Positions 1 to 13,162 of a stretch of DNA of 64,000 nucleotides are shown here, in pieces. The DNA is from Haliotis rubra (lineage: Eukaryota). Within the stretch, counting starts at the first letter, position 1, and every line of letters starts with the position of its first letter. The stretch lies in contig NW_025766967.1 of the NCBI RefSeq assembly GCF_003918875.1, positions 310,001 to 374,000 on the forward strand, given 5' to 3'. The position numbers and the translations under genes were made by a program. The notes beneath the pieces were generated by a model. It searched no databases, was not told where the DNA came from, and was given only the letters and a program-made list of their open reading frames with translations.

Positions 1-104
1 GGTTTTTGTAATGGTGCCAGTGTGGTGTTATAATGTTGCCAGTGTGGTGTTATAATGGTGCCATAGTAGTGTTATAATGGTGTTGTAATGATGTTGATAT
101 TGCA

Positions 105-1266
105 TCATAGTGGTGGTGCTGGAATGCTGTCAGAGTGGTGTAGTGATCTGATGATCGTGGTATTGTGACAGTGTATAATGGTGTTTGCGTGATGTTGTAA
201 TGATATCATGGCGATGTCAGGGTGGTGTAGCGATCTGATGATCGTGGTATTGTGACAGCGTATAATGGTGTTTGCGTGATGTTGTAATGATATCATGGCG
301 GTGTCAGGGTGGTGTAGCGATCTGATGATCGTGGTATTGTGAAAGTGTATAATGGTGTTTGCGTGATGTTGTAATGATATCATGGCGGTGTCAGTGTGGT
401 GTAGTGATCTGATGATCGTGGTATTGTGACAGTGTATAATGGTGTTTGCGTGATGTTGTAATGATATCATGGCGGTGTCAGTGTGGTGTAGTGATCTGAT
501 GATCGTGGTATTGTCACAGTGTATAATGGTGTTTGCGTGATGTTGTAATGATATCATGGTGGTGTCTGTGTGGTGTAGTGATCTGATGATCGTGGTATTG
601 TGACAGTGTATAATGGTGTTTGCGTGATGTTGTAATGATATCATTGCGGTGTCAGTGTGGTATAGTGATCTAATGATCGTGGTATTGTGACAGTGTATAA
701 TGGTGTTAACGTGATGTTGTAATGATATCATGGCGGTGTCAGTGTGGTGTAGTGATCTAATGATCGTGGTATTGCGACAGTGTATAATGGTGTTTGCGTG
801 ATGTTGTAATGATATCATGGCGGTGTCAGGGTGGTGTAGTGATCTGATGATCGTGGTATTGTGACAGTGTATAATGGTGTTTGCGTGATGTTGTAATGAT
901 ATCATGGCGGTGTCAGGGTGGTGTAGTGATCTAATGATCGTGGTATTGTGACAGTGTATAATGGTGTTTGCGTGATGTTGTAATGATATCATGGCGGTGT
1001 CAGTGTGGTGTAGTGATCTAATGATCGTGGTATTGCGACAGTGTATAATGGTGTTTGCGTGATGTTGTAATGATATCATGGCGGTGTCAGGGTGGTGTAG
1101 TGATCTGATGATCGTGGTATTGTGACAGTGTATAATGGTGTTTGCGTGATGTTGTAATGTTATCATGGCGGTGTCAGGGTGGTGTAGTGATCTGATGATC
1201 GTGGTATTGTGACAGTGTATAATGGTGTTTGCGTGATGTTGTAATGATATCATGGCGGTGTCAGGG
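105..1266. repeat. 87-bp minisatellite, ~13 copies
   Basis: Unit of 87 nt visible directly; the minus-strand ORF repeats a 29-aa unit (MISLQHHANTIIHCHNTTIIRSLHHPDTA). Degenerate related sequence extends to the window start. Confidence 0.95.
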
Positions 1267-2061
1267 TAGTCATATCACGTAACGCCTACCAAAGATTACA
1301 CGTACGATTGTAGTAAACCACAATTCTATATCAACTCATTAAACAAGTAAAGGCTATCATGACCTACCGATAACGAAAGGTCTACATCACTGCAGCTGCT
1401 GGCGGTCACCTGACACTCACACCACTGATAGCACCAATCCAACATTCTGCCAGCAATGCAGCTTCAGATGTTGATTATAGAAACATGTCACAGTGGCCGT
1501 TAGTAATGACCATTCTGATCCACCTCAGTCGTAGCTTCATTGCATGAATAGACTACTTTCCACAGTCCTAAAGACAAAGTCGGTATGTTCAATGGGTTCA
1601 GTGTTTCCATTTAAACAATGTAGCCTATATCCCACAACTTTAAAGGTGCAATAAAATAACTTCCGAAATCAGTGTTAATTTAGGGTAGTTCTGGATTTTT
1701 TGCGAAAGGGTCGAGGGTGGCCTACTGGTTGAACTGTTTGCTCGTCACGCTGTAGTCCCTGGTTGAAAGTATACAATCACTAAAGCCCGGTAACTCCGTT
1801 GCCACTGAGTGAGTGAGTGAGTGAGTGAGTGAGTGAGTGATTGATGCTTCAAGTTACATCAGTGCGAGGTACTGGAGTTGAAAGCCTGAAGTAACAGGTC
1901 TGATATGTCGAAAGGCTACGAGAGGAAAGCGTGAGGTAACATTTCTGTTGTGTCGAAGTGCAACACACCCACCTGAAGAATCGAACCGGGTCTTCTGTGA
2001 AAATGAATAAACTCTTTAACCATAAGGCTACCCTATCGCCCCCTATACTTATAAGCAGTGT

Positions 2062-2234
2062 GGGCGGTGGGGTAGCCTAGTGGTTAAAGCGTTGGCTCGT
2101 CACGCCGAAAACCCGGGTTCGAATCCCCACATGGGTAAAATGTGTGAAGCCCATTTTTGGTGTCCCCCGCCGTGATGTTGCTGGAATATTGCTAAAAGCG
2201 GCGTAAAACCAAACTCAGTCAGTCAGTCAGTCAG
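2062..2234 (+). mobile_element. tRNA-derived SINE (family A), full length
   Basis: A box TAGCCTAGTGG, B box GGTTCGAATCC, body, tail GCTGGAATATTGCTAAAAGCGGCGTAAAACC plus (CAGT)n; 12-bp TSD TATAAGCAGTGT at 2050-2061 and 2235-2246. Confidence 0.92.
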
Positions 2235-4000
2235 TATAAGCAGTGTAACTAATATTAAACGGGGAGACGTATTCACTGCTTGCAAAATAACGTATATGAA
2301 TATTTACAGACCCGAGATAAGCTTTTGAAAGCAGCACATGAATCTCAACAACATTTACTAAGAGTAAACCTGCCCGCTGTACCACAAATTAACATAAAAC
2401 ATATTAAAATAAATTAAATTAACAGTATTAAATGTTTCAGAGTACATAGATTATCCTGTCACTGAACAGTATTTAAACAATTAATAGGTACATGTATTTG
2501 GGTGAGAATGATGAGTATGCCTTGCCAGTACTTCATTAGACTTGCACAAGTCTCTCAGGTAAAACATAATAGTTTAAATGGTTATAAATCACAGACTGAC
2601 ATACTGTCCGCTTATCTAGACTTGCCTCTTTAATGGATAGAATTACTATACATCCATGGGCTCAGCATTCAGTACAGCCTTGGAGCAAGGCTAGAGCTTA
2701 TCATTAGAAGTCATTGCATGGCGCGTTTATGCCTAGGATACTTAAGCGGCGGTATATAGTAATTGACAACCCTTTCCGATAATCACCATTCTGATGCCAT
2801 TGAAATATATGTACATTTACGTGACTACACTATCAAATTAAGTCTGCATTTACGTACTGTGATGATAGACCGCCATGACTAAATGTCACATATGGGCCCG
2901 TTCCCGTCTAAAGGCATCGCAGTGCTACAACTGTTAATAATCACGTTCAATAGCGCAGGCTCAAGGCAGACGTAACGCTAACATCGTCAACGAAGTCGTA
3001 CACACACGACTAGTCTGTCTTACAGTCTCTGGCCCACATTCTGTTCCCTCCAACCCAGCCCTGTCTGCAATGCGAAAGCTCAAAATAAAAGTCTAAATTT
3101 TCCTAAAGTTCAGTCACTATGGGCTCCATTTCAGTTCAAATGAAGTAGTTGTGTCTATCAAAATTATATACAGTATATATATTCCGAGGGCGTCAGTCTA
3201 GGTTATGACTGTTGTACGTGTGTGTTCAAAATGGGAATTATGAGCATGTCAGCGCTACTAACGTTTTGGGTTGATCTTAAGATACGATCTGGGAGCGGCC
3301 GCATGTCTGTATTAATAGAATAAATGGTGTAACTGTGAAACGGGCGCTACGGATTCTAATTGTGTTCATTGGCGTGATGTTTACTGTCACTGCAACCCTG
3401 GCTTAGCATAGACTGACCTCACATAGAGTAACCATGTTAGGAATGTACCCATCCCTCACACTTCACCAGAAATGTGAGTGAGTGAGTGAGTCCCGTCCAA
3501 CATCTTACTCAGTATATATATATATATATAGGCCACAAAGACATCCGGTGAATTTTTAACATTTTCGACATCAGACTTTCTGTCAAGTTGAGATGAGTAG
3601 GAGAATATCCACGAAACTCTCCGTAATTTTAAAATAATTGGCTTCACATTATCTCTGCTGGCGTGTTTAATTGCTGCACACAAATGGTAGTCTTTGTTTA
3701 CGTAAGTTAGTGTGTACACTAGGTTACATGCGAGATAACATATTAAGGTGTTTCGCCTTTAATCGTTGTATTGGCGAGATCGACACAAATCAGATCACAG
3801 ACGTTTCAAAGTTACGAGGTGAGGTTAACCATGGTTGACATAGACGGCTAATATCTTTGCACTTATATAGGGATGGGCTTGGCTTTCATGTAGGGGTGGT
3901 GCTTGTGTGTTGGGGCGGGGGTTATGTTAAACGTAGGGTGGCTTAAGGATTCGATCACCTGTCGGGATGCAAAACCATATTGGTCATTCTATTGAAAAGA

Positions 4001-4076
4001 CTGACTGACTGAGTATGGTTTTACGCCGCTTTTAGCAATATTCCAGCAACATCACGTCCGGGGGACACCAGAATCT
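4001..4076 (-). mobile_element. 5'-truncated SINE family A
   Basis: Reverse complement of the family A 3' end; flanking TTGAAAAGA direct repeat. Confidence 0.75.
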
Positions 4077-4252
4077 GTTGAAAAGAAAATGAACGATGCC
4101 AACGAAAAACGTGTTGGCAGTGCATGTCGTACCTACGACTCATGATGGCGACACTGATGTTGACATTGATACAGATGATGATAATAATTATGCCAGTTAC
4201 AAAACGTTAATAACATCAACAACAGCAATAACTCTAGCTTCGCTTTACCCAC

Positions 4253-4457
4253 CTGCCGCGAACATCGATGCAGGCATTAGCGAACACGCCCATGCTGTGA
4301 CTGCTTGCGACGCTTGGAATTCCTCCAGGAAGATCACGTGATATATCCCCGTAGTCCATGAGATGCCAAAACAGATGAAGTGGGCGAAAAAAGAGGCGGC
4401 CACGATTACCCACGCCCAGCCGCAGTCGATTTGATCAGGTCGATATTTGAACGCCAT
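4253..4457 (-). CDS. Monocarboxylate transporter (SLC16/MCT, MFS), first coding exon; remainder probably left of the window
   Basis: MAFKYRPDQIDCGWAWVIVAASFFAHFICFGISWTTGIYHVIFLEEFQASQAVTAWACSLMPASMFAAG matches the SLC16 N-terminal D-G-G-W-G/A-W-V motif plus TM1-TM2; phase-1 GT donor at 4252. No convincing exon 2 found in 1-4250. Confidence 0.85.
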
Positions 4458-6899
4458 TGTTACGCTTGTCCTATGAATGCCAGACACAGAGCTGTTGGCG
4501 ATGTACAAACACCTGTCACGCTCGCTGTCACGTCGTTGTGTCGTGGTGTTTTCAAACACATGGGGGATGCAGCTTGCTATTATTAGTCAATGACATCGCT
4601 TCGCGACCTACAATTTCACCTCAGAATCACTGTTATCATATCACAAACGATCAACACATCTCACGAAAATTGGGTCATGTTGCACAGTGTGAGAGCTCTG
4701 GTCGAATGGCTTCAGACCTTTTAACTGTATCTCACGTGGTGTGGAGGAGTTGAAGACAGTTTTATCCATACCGGCCCCTCGTGACCTTCGTCACGGCCCA
4801 GAGAAATATATGTACACACTGAAGTGGAACACTGTCTGACCTACCACGTGTTCCGACACGTCGAAGTCCGAGACCGATCAATGGAGATACGGTAGATTAG
4901 TCATACATACATACAGTACGACTGCAGAGTCGACCATGACGTTGTGAAGTGCAGGGTAACCAATAGCAGGGGTCGTCGGCGTGAAGCAGCAAAACAGATT
5001 TGCACAGCTGGCCTAGTTTTCTGCTGACGCTTAACTAGTGCGGGTTTTCCCGATAGAGGAAAAGAGGCTAAATTAAGTGCTGAAAAGCTCAGGTGATATG
5101 CCCTTCTGAAGAGCACTGCCCCATACATTTGCCCCCTCCGCACACAAACACCTCGCCACTAAACTCCACACAAAGGACACTTGCTATATTTTTTGTTGCA
5201 GAAAACAGAGTCGAAACAGTACGATGAGCCTTATCCCAACCCAGTCCCACCTGCTATTTTTTTTTAAATTTCAATAAATTCTGACGTACTTCTCAGGTTT
5301 GCGTTCATAATCATATATGTTTACTTCGACATTTTCAACAATTAATTGTTACATTTTCGAAAACGTCGAGTGTATTCTTCTTATTTCTAATATATTTTCG
5401 TAATTTTGAGTATATCCCTGTTATTTCAGTTCTTTTTCTCAACCCCGCAGAAACGATTTTTCTCATTACTTCGATTATGGTTTTCGTTATTGCAGGTTTA
5501 TCTTAAAAGTGGCCAATATTTGTTTTTACATAATGTAAAATAAAAATTATGACGAAGTAATTGAACATACGAAAAGATAATGAAAAGGAGAAATACATCG
5601 AAATTTTGCAACAATGTTTTTAAAAAAAATTATTATTGAATTAATTAGTAACGAATAGATATTTCGAAATTACTAAAATGTATAAGAAATGTCTTTTTAT
5701 GTAGTGAGATTTTATGTAGACAAGCAGACAATTGAATTTATAGGAACGAGAAATAAAATACAAGACAATAATTAGAGGAGATGAAATTCAAAAATGAATA
5801 ATTGAAATAACTTAATTAACTATATAAAAATCTAACAACCTAGTAAACGTTTTGAGAAAACTTCTGAAAATAATTAAAATTACAGGAATGAATAGGAAAT
5901 GAGGTTATTTTTTAAGCAGTACAAATAACAAGGACATAATTGAAATCACGGGAGATATATTGAAAGATTAGGCTACCAAAGTGGCAAAGTGTGGCTTTCA
6001 ATGAATATCGTGGAGAGTGTGCATACCAGACTTGCAGGGCTAATACGATGGTATTCAGGATTCCAGGAGAGGGAGAGTTGTTTATCTTCACTATGGGGGT
6101 GTCCCTGTTAATGTCCTTGTTTCCGCCTATGTGCAGTCATGATTAGGCGGTTTATGTGTTGTACACACAGAGTGGAGGTTTTTCTGCAGATGCTTTAACT
6201 ATTAGCCATCTGTTCACTGTCATCTGAAAGAGGAACTGATGCAGAAAGCTGATCGCAGCACTCGAGGAAGATATATTTTCGACTCATCTTTTGGTCACCG
6301 TTATAACACTGATTATGTGTCATCATCACCCACGACAGACGTGAGGGCTTCATAATATCAACCACTGGTTTGACTGGTTCAGATTCTATGGTCATTCATT
6401 GTCGTGAGTTTACTTTCAGATTTCCAACTGCGGTGCAATATAACAGCCATTGTCTTTTCATTAACAAAGAGATATTTCCGATGTGACGTTAAATATTAAC
6501 TCACTCACTCATTAACAAAGAACAAAAAATGCGTAGTCAAGACATGAGACTTAATTGTAATTATTTATATGACGCTAAACCTCACTCTTAATCCTGATCA
6601 CCCCCAGCATTGTACATTGACTTGTCAGCCAGCCTGTTCCACTCTGTCACTTTCATTAATTACTGTGTGATATTTATAGGCTTAACTGGTCAACCCCTTG
6701 GCTGTGTCGGCCATCACGGCAAGTAGTGCAGGGCAATGCTACTGTTTCTTTACCTGCCCAGTGTTGTCTCTTCGTCAATCAATATTTTTATTCAGTAGAA
6801 TGACCACATGGCCTAGAGTACAGTTATCTGAAGTATAGATATATATATATATGTAATCACGTGAAGGATCTTAAACGAAAACAATGTTTCAGGAATATT

Positions 6900-8630
6900 G
6901 CAACGGATTTAAGGGTATTTACTTTTTTTTTATTTAACAGGTTTGTCATTGTATACATATTCTTACCTTGATATGGACATGACAACTTCATTCGTAAACT
7001 GGAATGCTTGAACAAGCGAACAAGACATGAAATTCATCCTCGATGCTGTAATCATTACAATTTGTACAAATAATATTAACATTTTCAACATTTTTACTCT
7101 TCCTTGCAATATTTACTTTAAAATCGTGTAGAGATATTCTAAATTTACATAGTACTCGTCGGAGGTTTTTATCTTCAACATGTTTTATATAGAATTCTGG
7201 CTGTAGAGGGGATGTATCCAAAGTCTTGAAATGAGCTAGATATGTTGAGTTTGAGATTTCATCATGCCATGTTTGAGCATATATATCAGTTAAACGTTGT
7301 TTCAGTTGATAAATAAAACTATTTTCATTTCCGACATCCTGGGAAAACCATACATGTGAGAATCCACAAGAAAATAACAGACTAGATATTTTACTGTCAA
7401 ATATGTGACAGGCAGACTCGAATGATATTGATGAGTATTGCTTGAAGAGACTGTAGATGGGAATGACGGCTTTTCCAGCTTGGGCGGAGAGACTCTGGCA
7501 GTTCTTGGTCCATTTCAGTGATGACGAGAATAAAACTCCAAGATAATTATAATGTGTTGTACATTTTACAGGTTTATATTCAAATGTCCAGGATTCATTT
7601 TTCGAGATTATGGCAAATTCACTTGAAGTCCCCATTTCTAAACACAACTATGTTTGTGTTTTGCAAATTCACTTCCCCATTTCTTACAGAAGGTTGATAC
7701 AGAATCAAGTTGTCGTTGTAAACCTATTATATTATAGTATATGAAAACGTCACAACATCGTCTGCAAACAGAAGTAACAGATCCTCAATAGATGGTGATA
7801 CGAAAATACGATGGTTACAAGTAGTATACATTTCTCTCACAAGTTCATTGATGAAAAAATAAATAACAAGGGACTCAAAATTCATCCCTGTCGAACGCCT
7901 GTGTTTGTTGTAAATAATGGTGTCTTCTCATTATTAATTTTTACACATGATTTCACAGAGTCATACATATTATTGAGGATATTGTATAATTTCCCATGGC
8001 ACCCTTTTAGCAATAACAGGTACAAACGTTTTTTCTTGGAAACAAAATGGAAGGCTTTTTTAAGTCTATAAAGGTGCAGTAGAAACGACCCTTCGATCTT
8101 GATAAATATTTGGTAGAGAGTGCTTGAAGAGTAACTATATTGTCAATAGTCGAATACTTTTCACGAAAGCCAGATTGGGATTCTGCAAGAAGTTCGTTTA
8201 GCTCCATCCAAGATCTTAATCGTTGTTCAATAATACTAGTGAATACTTTTCCAATAACGTTTAGTAAAGATATTCCACGCTAGTTATTGGGATCATCTCT
8301 TCCACCTGACTTATATAATGGTATGATCATTCTGATGTTCCATGCTTCTGGGAAAATACCACAGTTCAAAATGTTATTAAATTGTAGGTTCATATAGGAA
8401 AGTATATTTACAATGTCCGCTTTAAAGAAACTCTGCAGCAATCCCATCTTCTCCTGGGGCTTTATTGTTCTTGAGTTGTTCCACAGCCTTTGTGATTTCG
8501 TGATTTGTTATTTCGGAAGATAGGTCCGTATTCGATATATTTTCACAGCAATCATCACATTTGTGATTTAGAAGAAAGTCGTTGACTTGCTGATCGAAGT
8601 CATTAAAATTATCAGAAAATAACATGGCCC
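6900..8630 (-). mobile_element. Degenerate non-LTR retrotransposon (LINE) RT and C-terminal fragment
   Basis: Broken frames give KAPGEDGIAAEFL, QSGFREKYSTIDN, FIDLKK, LLFADD, YNYLGV and a C-terminal CxxC...EDEFHVLFAC knuckle; multiple frameshifts and stops. Confidence 0.9.
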
Positions 8631-10257
8631 AGAGATTGTGAGACAGACTACATCTAACCCATTCAATCAGTAATACTCTTCACACGACTCTCTCGTTTCT
8701 ATATGGCTCCTTCACTATTATAAGCTTTGATCTCCAAATTGGACTGTTTAAGAAAGAAACATAATACCCATGTCTCTTATCTGCATCTACACTTCAACCT
8801 CCTAACATGCAATATGTGATTGTGTTGAGGCATTTCCTGATATGGAACCTGATTGGTATTTCCATTCAGCACCTGTACAATTTTAATACACTACATCATG
8901 GGATGTTGGGAATGTGTTGGAACCGCCGATAGTGATTTGGAGTTTTGAATCGCGTGATTGCTACATCAACACAATTACAGTGGCATGAAGCAAATAATTG
9001 TCTCTTCCAACAGCATGTGCTTAAAGTGTCTGCTTAGCGTGGGAGAAAAGCCCTAACTAATGATTTTTTGGTTAAGAGTGTATTACTGGCAACATTGTCC
9101 AAATGATCTACAATGATCTATTGATGAAATATTCCTTTGGATGAGAGTTGCACAGTTTACGTGTACTATAGTCTAGCAGAAAACTATTCGTGACGGTGAG
9201 TTTTTATTTTCACGAATTATGATTTAATAATAAAAAGTTATTTAACAAACTGTCATTAGAATATTGACACAGTTCACTATTTGTCACGAGGAAGGAGTGC
9301 AGAGAGAGGAATCATAATTCATGAAATTTAAAATTCAGAATGATAGAACAATTATAATGCATCATGCCAAATTAGAAAACGATTGTACTTGTAGTGTTTG
9401 AGTAAAGCGACCAAACATCATAAGGAAAGGTTTTCTGTCAGACTGTAGATCCCAGGACCGCGTGTCATCGTGTCACGAGGCGGATGTGGTGGATCATGAT
9501 ATGAACCACTAGATCTGCCTGGATCATATTGAAACTCCTTCTATCAGCTCAATGATCAGGTCGTTGCGTGACCTTTCCATATCTCACACAGAACCCTTTA
9601 TGTTTTATGAGCCTGATGTAGATAAACATTTATCAAGGAAGTAAATACTTCATAACTGATGTGAGGTGAGATTGTAAAAGAGGCTTAATTCAAAACGGAA
9701 AAGTGGTTTAGCGTCCGTGGCTTTAAAACACATCCAGACTGCTGGCTGTGCACACACAAGGGACTTCGTAACAGATTAAATGCCTGTTTATACTTCGGAT
9801 ACAGCTGTTTAGTTCATATAGGCCGGGAAGGCAATAACGACATGCGATATCCACACTACCGACATGCATAATACCATTATGTGTCATCGGGTGAGTAATT
9901 TGTATGTGAAAGCTATTCAGTCCCAAATGCATGTGCATTTTAGATCATGACAACGTTTGGTTTCTTTTCAAAGAGATTTTTGTACCAATCTGACCTTCGA
10001 CAAAACACCGCCCTGTTTATGCTACGTTGTTATGTTTACCTACAGGCAGTTATAATTACATGTATGTCTTCAACATTTCTCTAATGACGTTACAGTATGC
10101 TCGAGTACTATTCAGGATACTGTGTGGCACTTAGGCACTGATAATTTAATGGGGGATGATCTTCGTCAGAGGCATCGAGTTAATATTCTTTCTTGAAAAT
10201 CCTAACTGATAATTACATTGATAGCTCTTTTATTCTAAGGTTACTATTTTTCTACAG

Positions 10258-11364
10258 AAAGTTCGTCTCGCGTTGATGTTCCTGGTATGCGCGACCATCT
10301 GTATTACTGTTGTACACGTCATGGGAGTCGAGATGCATGTTTTCAACATCTTGAACGTGAAGGATACGGTTACAATCAGCACATCATCACCCAGACTCAG
10401 AGGCGGGAACGTGCGCAGACGAGATCAAGGGGAGACAATCCAGGATAAATACATCATCTACACGTGTAACACAGGACGATGTGGCGGTCTGGCGGACAGA
10501 CAGAAGGGGATTGTCACATCCTTTGTGTTAGCTCAGATGCTTGGACGGCAGTTTGGTATCAGTATGTACAAGCCGTGTGAGATCTCGGAGTTCGTCACTC
10601 CAAAGGACGTGAACTGGACTGTTGATAGACGTACATTGTCACGTTTACAAAAGGAATGGATTGTTGATCTTGACGGTAATGGCATGGGTGTTGCTATGGC
10701 TACAGGAGATCTGGAAGCAATGTTCCAGAAGGAGGGTACTATGTACACTGGAAATATAGATTTCGTCCCTTATCTCATGAAAAACCCGTTGTTTCAGAAA
10801 GTGTCTTGGGCTCGGAATTTAAGTCACCTTGATATTTATAAATACGCATTCAAAAAGCTATTCAGACTTTCGCATAAAACACAAAATACATTCGATGAAA
10901 TATTTGGAACGATTGATCCAAATCACGAAAAGCTTGTCTGTGCCCATATACGCATGGGTAAAAGCCGGACAATCCCAAGAGATAACAGTCGAAAGACTCT
11001 TCAGCCTCATCCGGAAAGTTTGATCCGTTTTTTCGAAGGGAAGGTACATCCGGGATATGATAGGTTGTTCATTGCAACAGACTCTGAGCAGATCAGGGTG
11101 CAATTTCAGAAGGCATTCCCTGACTCCTATCTCGAAGTGAAAGGGCAGATCGTCCACATAGATCGTCCATCTGGAACATTCCAGTGTTCGGGGATGGAGA
11201 AGGTTGTCCTGGACCAGTATATATTGTCAGTATGTGACACTCTGGTGATGTCTGTTAGTGGTTTCAGTCGACTTGCCGCCATTCTGAGGGGTCGGGACGA
11301 TGATCTGTTTTTGGCCACAGGAAAGAACATAACAGCAAGTCCAAGACTTCCTCCAACACTGTAA
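10258..11364 (+). CDS. Type II membrane GT-B fucosyltransferase-like protein (FUT8/NodZ/GT11/GT37-type motifs)
   Basis: Uninterrupted 363-aa ORF with an N-terminal hydrophobic anchor and the motifs CGGLADRQKGI, CAHIRMG, LFIATDS and DQYILSVCDTLVMSVSGFSRLA. Acceptor TTTTCTACAG ends at 10257 in frame, so the start is either ATG 10276 or lies in an upstream exon. Confidence 0.8.
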   Translation, partial: KVRLALMFLVCATICITVVHVMGVEMHVFNILNVKDTVTISTSSPRLRGGNVRRRDQGETIQDKYIIYTCNTGRCGGLADRQKGIVTSFVLAQMLGRQFGISMYKPCEISEFVTPKDVNWTVDRRTLSRLQKEWIVDLDGNGMGVAMATGDLEAMFQKEGTMYTGNIDFVPYLMKNPLFQKVSWARNLSHLDIYKYAFKKLFRLSHKTQNTFDEIFGTIDPNHEKLVCAHIRMGKSRTIPRDNSRKTLQPHPESLIRFFEGKVHPGYDRLFIATDSEQIRVQFQKAFPDSYLEVKGQIVHIDRPSGTFQCSGMEKVVLDQYILSVCDTLVMSVSGFSRLAAILRGRDDDLFLATGKNITASPRLPPTL

Positions 11365-12099
11365 GACTGTGTTCTTGTCAGATCTGTATGTACTTTTACA
11401 GAGACGGGAAATGTATTTCTCCGCTGCTCGAAACCTCCAGAATTATGTCTGTAGGGGGAGGGCATGTTTAACTGTTTTGATGACCAGAACGCCCCACGGA
11501 CAATTTCCATTTGCGAAAAACCTGTCTTCTTAACGAATGACGTTTTGTAAGTGAGATATTCCAGCAGTAGCTTCTAGTCTGGACAGCCATATGCACAGAC
11601 TAGTGTGATAATGTCAGGTGGCACTGATACTATCAAAGTTTCGGAAATGTATTGCGGCTGGGTATTAAACGTTTTAGTATATTGATTTAGTATCCGTTTA
11701 TAAGCTGTCGTTTAACGAGGCACTCAGCATTGCTCCAGCTATACATAGGCGTTTGTATATAATTTTGTCCTGTTCACACCATCCAGTGGTTGATATTATG
11801 AACACTGTTGATAGATAATATCAGTAATGCAGTGAACCCGAGTCTGACATCAGAATCCCATAAGTTGACCCTACCGTGACGTATAGGTTGCATGGACCTG
11901 TAATCGTACTCGGAATGACGAGGTAGACACCACTTCAAGAATATATAAGAGACAAATCCATTTCCACATTTGTAAGTACTATATCATGAGCCCTTGTTTA
12001 TGAAACACTCTTAAATAGTGATGATACCAGTGATGATACCAGGTGAGGGTATCCTGCCAATCGGGTTTCACAAACACGGGCAAAGGTTGATCAGTCGAT

Positions 12100-12330
12100 C
12101 ACCTTAAAAACACTGGGAACATTTGTACATGTCAAAATAGGGAATTGCTTCAGATATCTTTTCGTCAATGGCGCCTCATAGTTGGACATGTCTTCCACAC
12201 GTCTAACAGAAACCTTTTTGAAAGCCTCACTGAGGCCTTGAATGATATTGCCTTGATCAAGCAACGTTTAGCAGGAGTTGTTGAACAGTGACATTCCATC
12301 ATAAGTCACAATTCTGGGCCAGATTACCAC
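12100..12330 (-). mobile_element. Possible Penelope-like RT C-terminal remnant
   Basis: Minus-strand translation LLDQGNIIQGLSEAFKKV resembles the LLxQGY...L...F.KF region of PLE RTs; highly degenerate. Confidence 0.3.
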
Positions 12331-12847
12331 CCGAAGAGAAATGCAGAGTCATATGCATAAAAAAAACAAGAGCAAACGGCGAGGAGCACAAGTTGTGCTC
12401 ACAGGTATGTCAACTTCTTATCTAAACGGTTTACGCGCAGCCTTCAAATATTTTACGTGCACCTATTAGACTAAAAATCGGCTACCAAGCCAAACTTATG
12501 ATTGTGGAGCATGTGATGATTTGTTAAGAAGTATGTTTTTATTAAGCACGGTTAACGATCAAAGAGGATAGACCGTTCTTTGATTAGACATCTGTAGATA
12601 TTGTGATAATTACCACTGATGATACGAATCAACACACGTAATACAAGAAATAGCCAAGCATAATTCATCAAAATTGCAACTACTCACAATTCACCTGTAA
12701 TTAATCAAATAAAACATTTGCACAAATTCACACCGGGTATAATTCATTTGAAAGCCATATATTTATAAGAAGGAAATGCAAACAAATGCACATGATTTTA
12801 CTCGTTTCATTCAGGCCGAAACTGTAACGGTCTCGTAGGTTCGCTAA

Positions 12848-13162
12848 GCAGTGTGAAGCCCTATGTCCGCATCATGATTCCACTGTCAAACAATGTGAAG
12901 ACTATGTACGTGTCATGTCTCGCTGACAGGCTGTGTGAAGACATATGTTAACACCATGATCCGACTGCCAGGCAGTTGGAAGTCCACGTCATGTCTGACT
13001 ACGAGGCCGTGTGAATACTTATGTTAACATCATGATTCCACCGCCAGGCAGTTGGAAGTCCACGTCATGTCTGACTACGAGGCCGTGTGAATACCTATGT
13101 TAACATCATGATCCCACTGCCAGGCAGTGTGAACAACTATGTCCGCGTCATGTTCCACTGCT
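12848..13162. repeat. ~35-42-bp minisatellite, 8 units, overlapping the GALNT stop codon
   Basis: CATG-anchored units at 12873, 12914, 12955, 12990, 13031, 13066, 13107 and 13149. Confidence 0.85.

Noticed and set aside
105-1253. 382-aa His-rich repetitive ORF
   Set aside because: It coincides exactly with an 87-bp minisatellite whose CA-rich strand happens to lack stops; there is no signal peptide or unique domain, and it probably lies in an MCT intron.
1480-1570. Candidate second MCT exon after a CTTTAG acceptor (-)
   Set aside because: The translation has no MCT similarity and stops after ~22 codons.
2062-2135. tRNA genes (also at 21849 and 56185)
   Set aside because: These are SINE heads followed by SINE bodies, tails and TSDs.
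5170-5995. T-rich then A-rich tract suggesting a foldback element
   Set aside because: The strand asymmetry is visible, but no alignable inverted arms or TSD could be established by eye.
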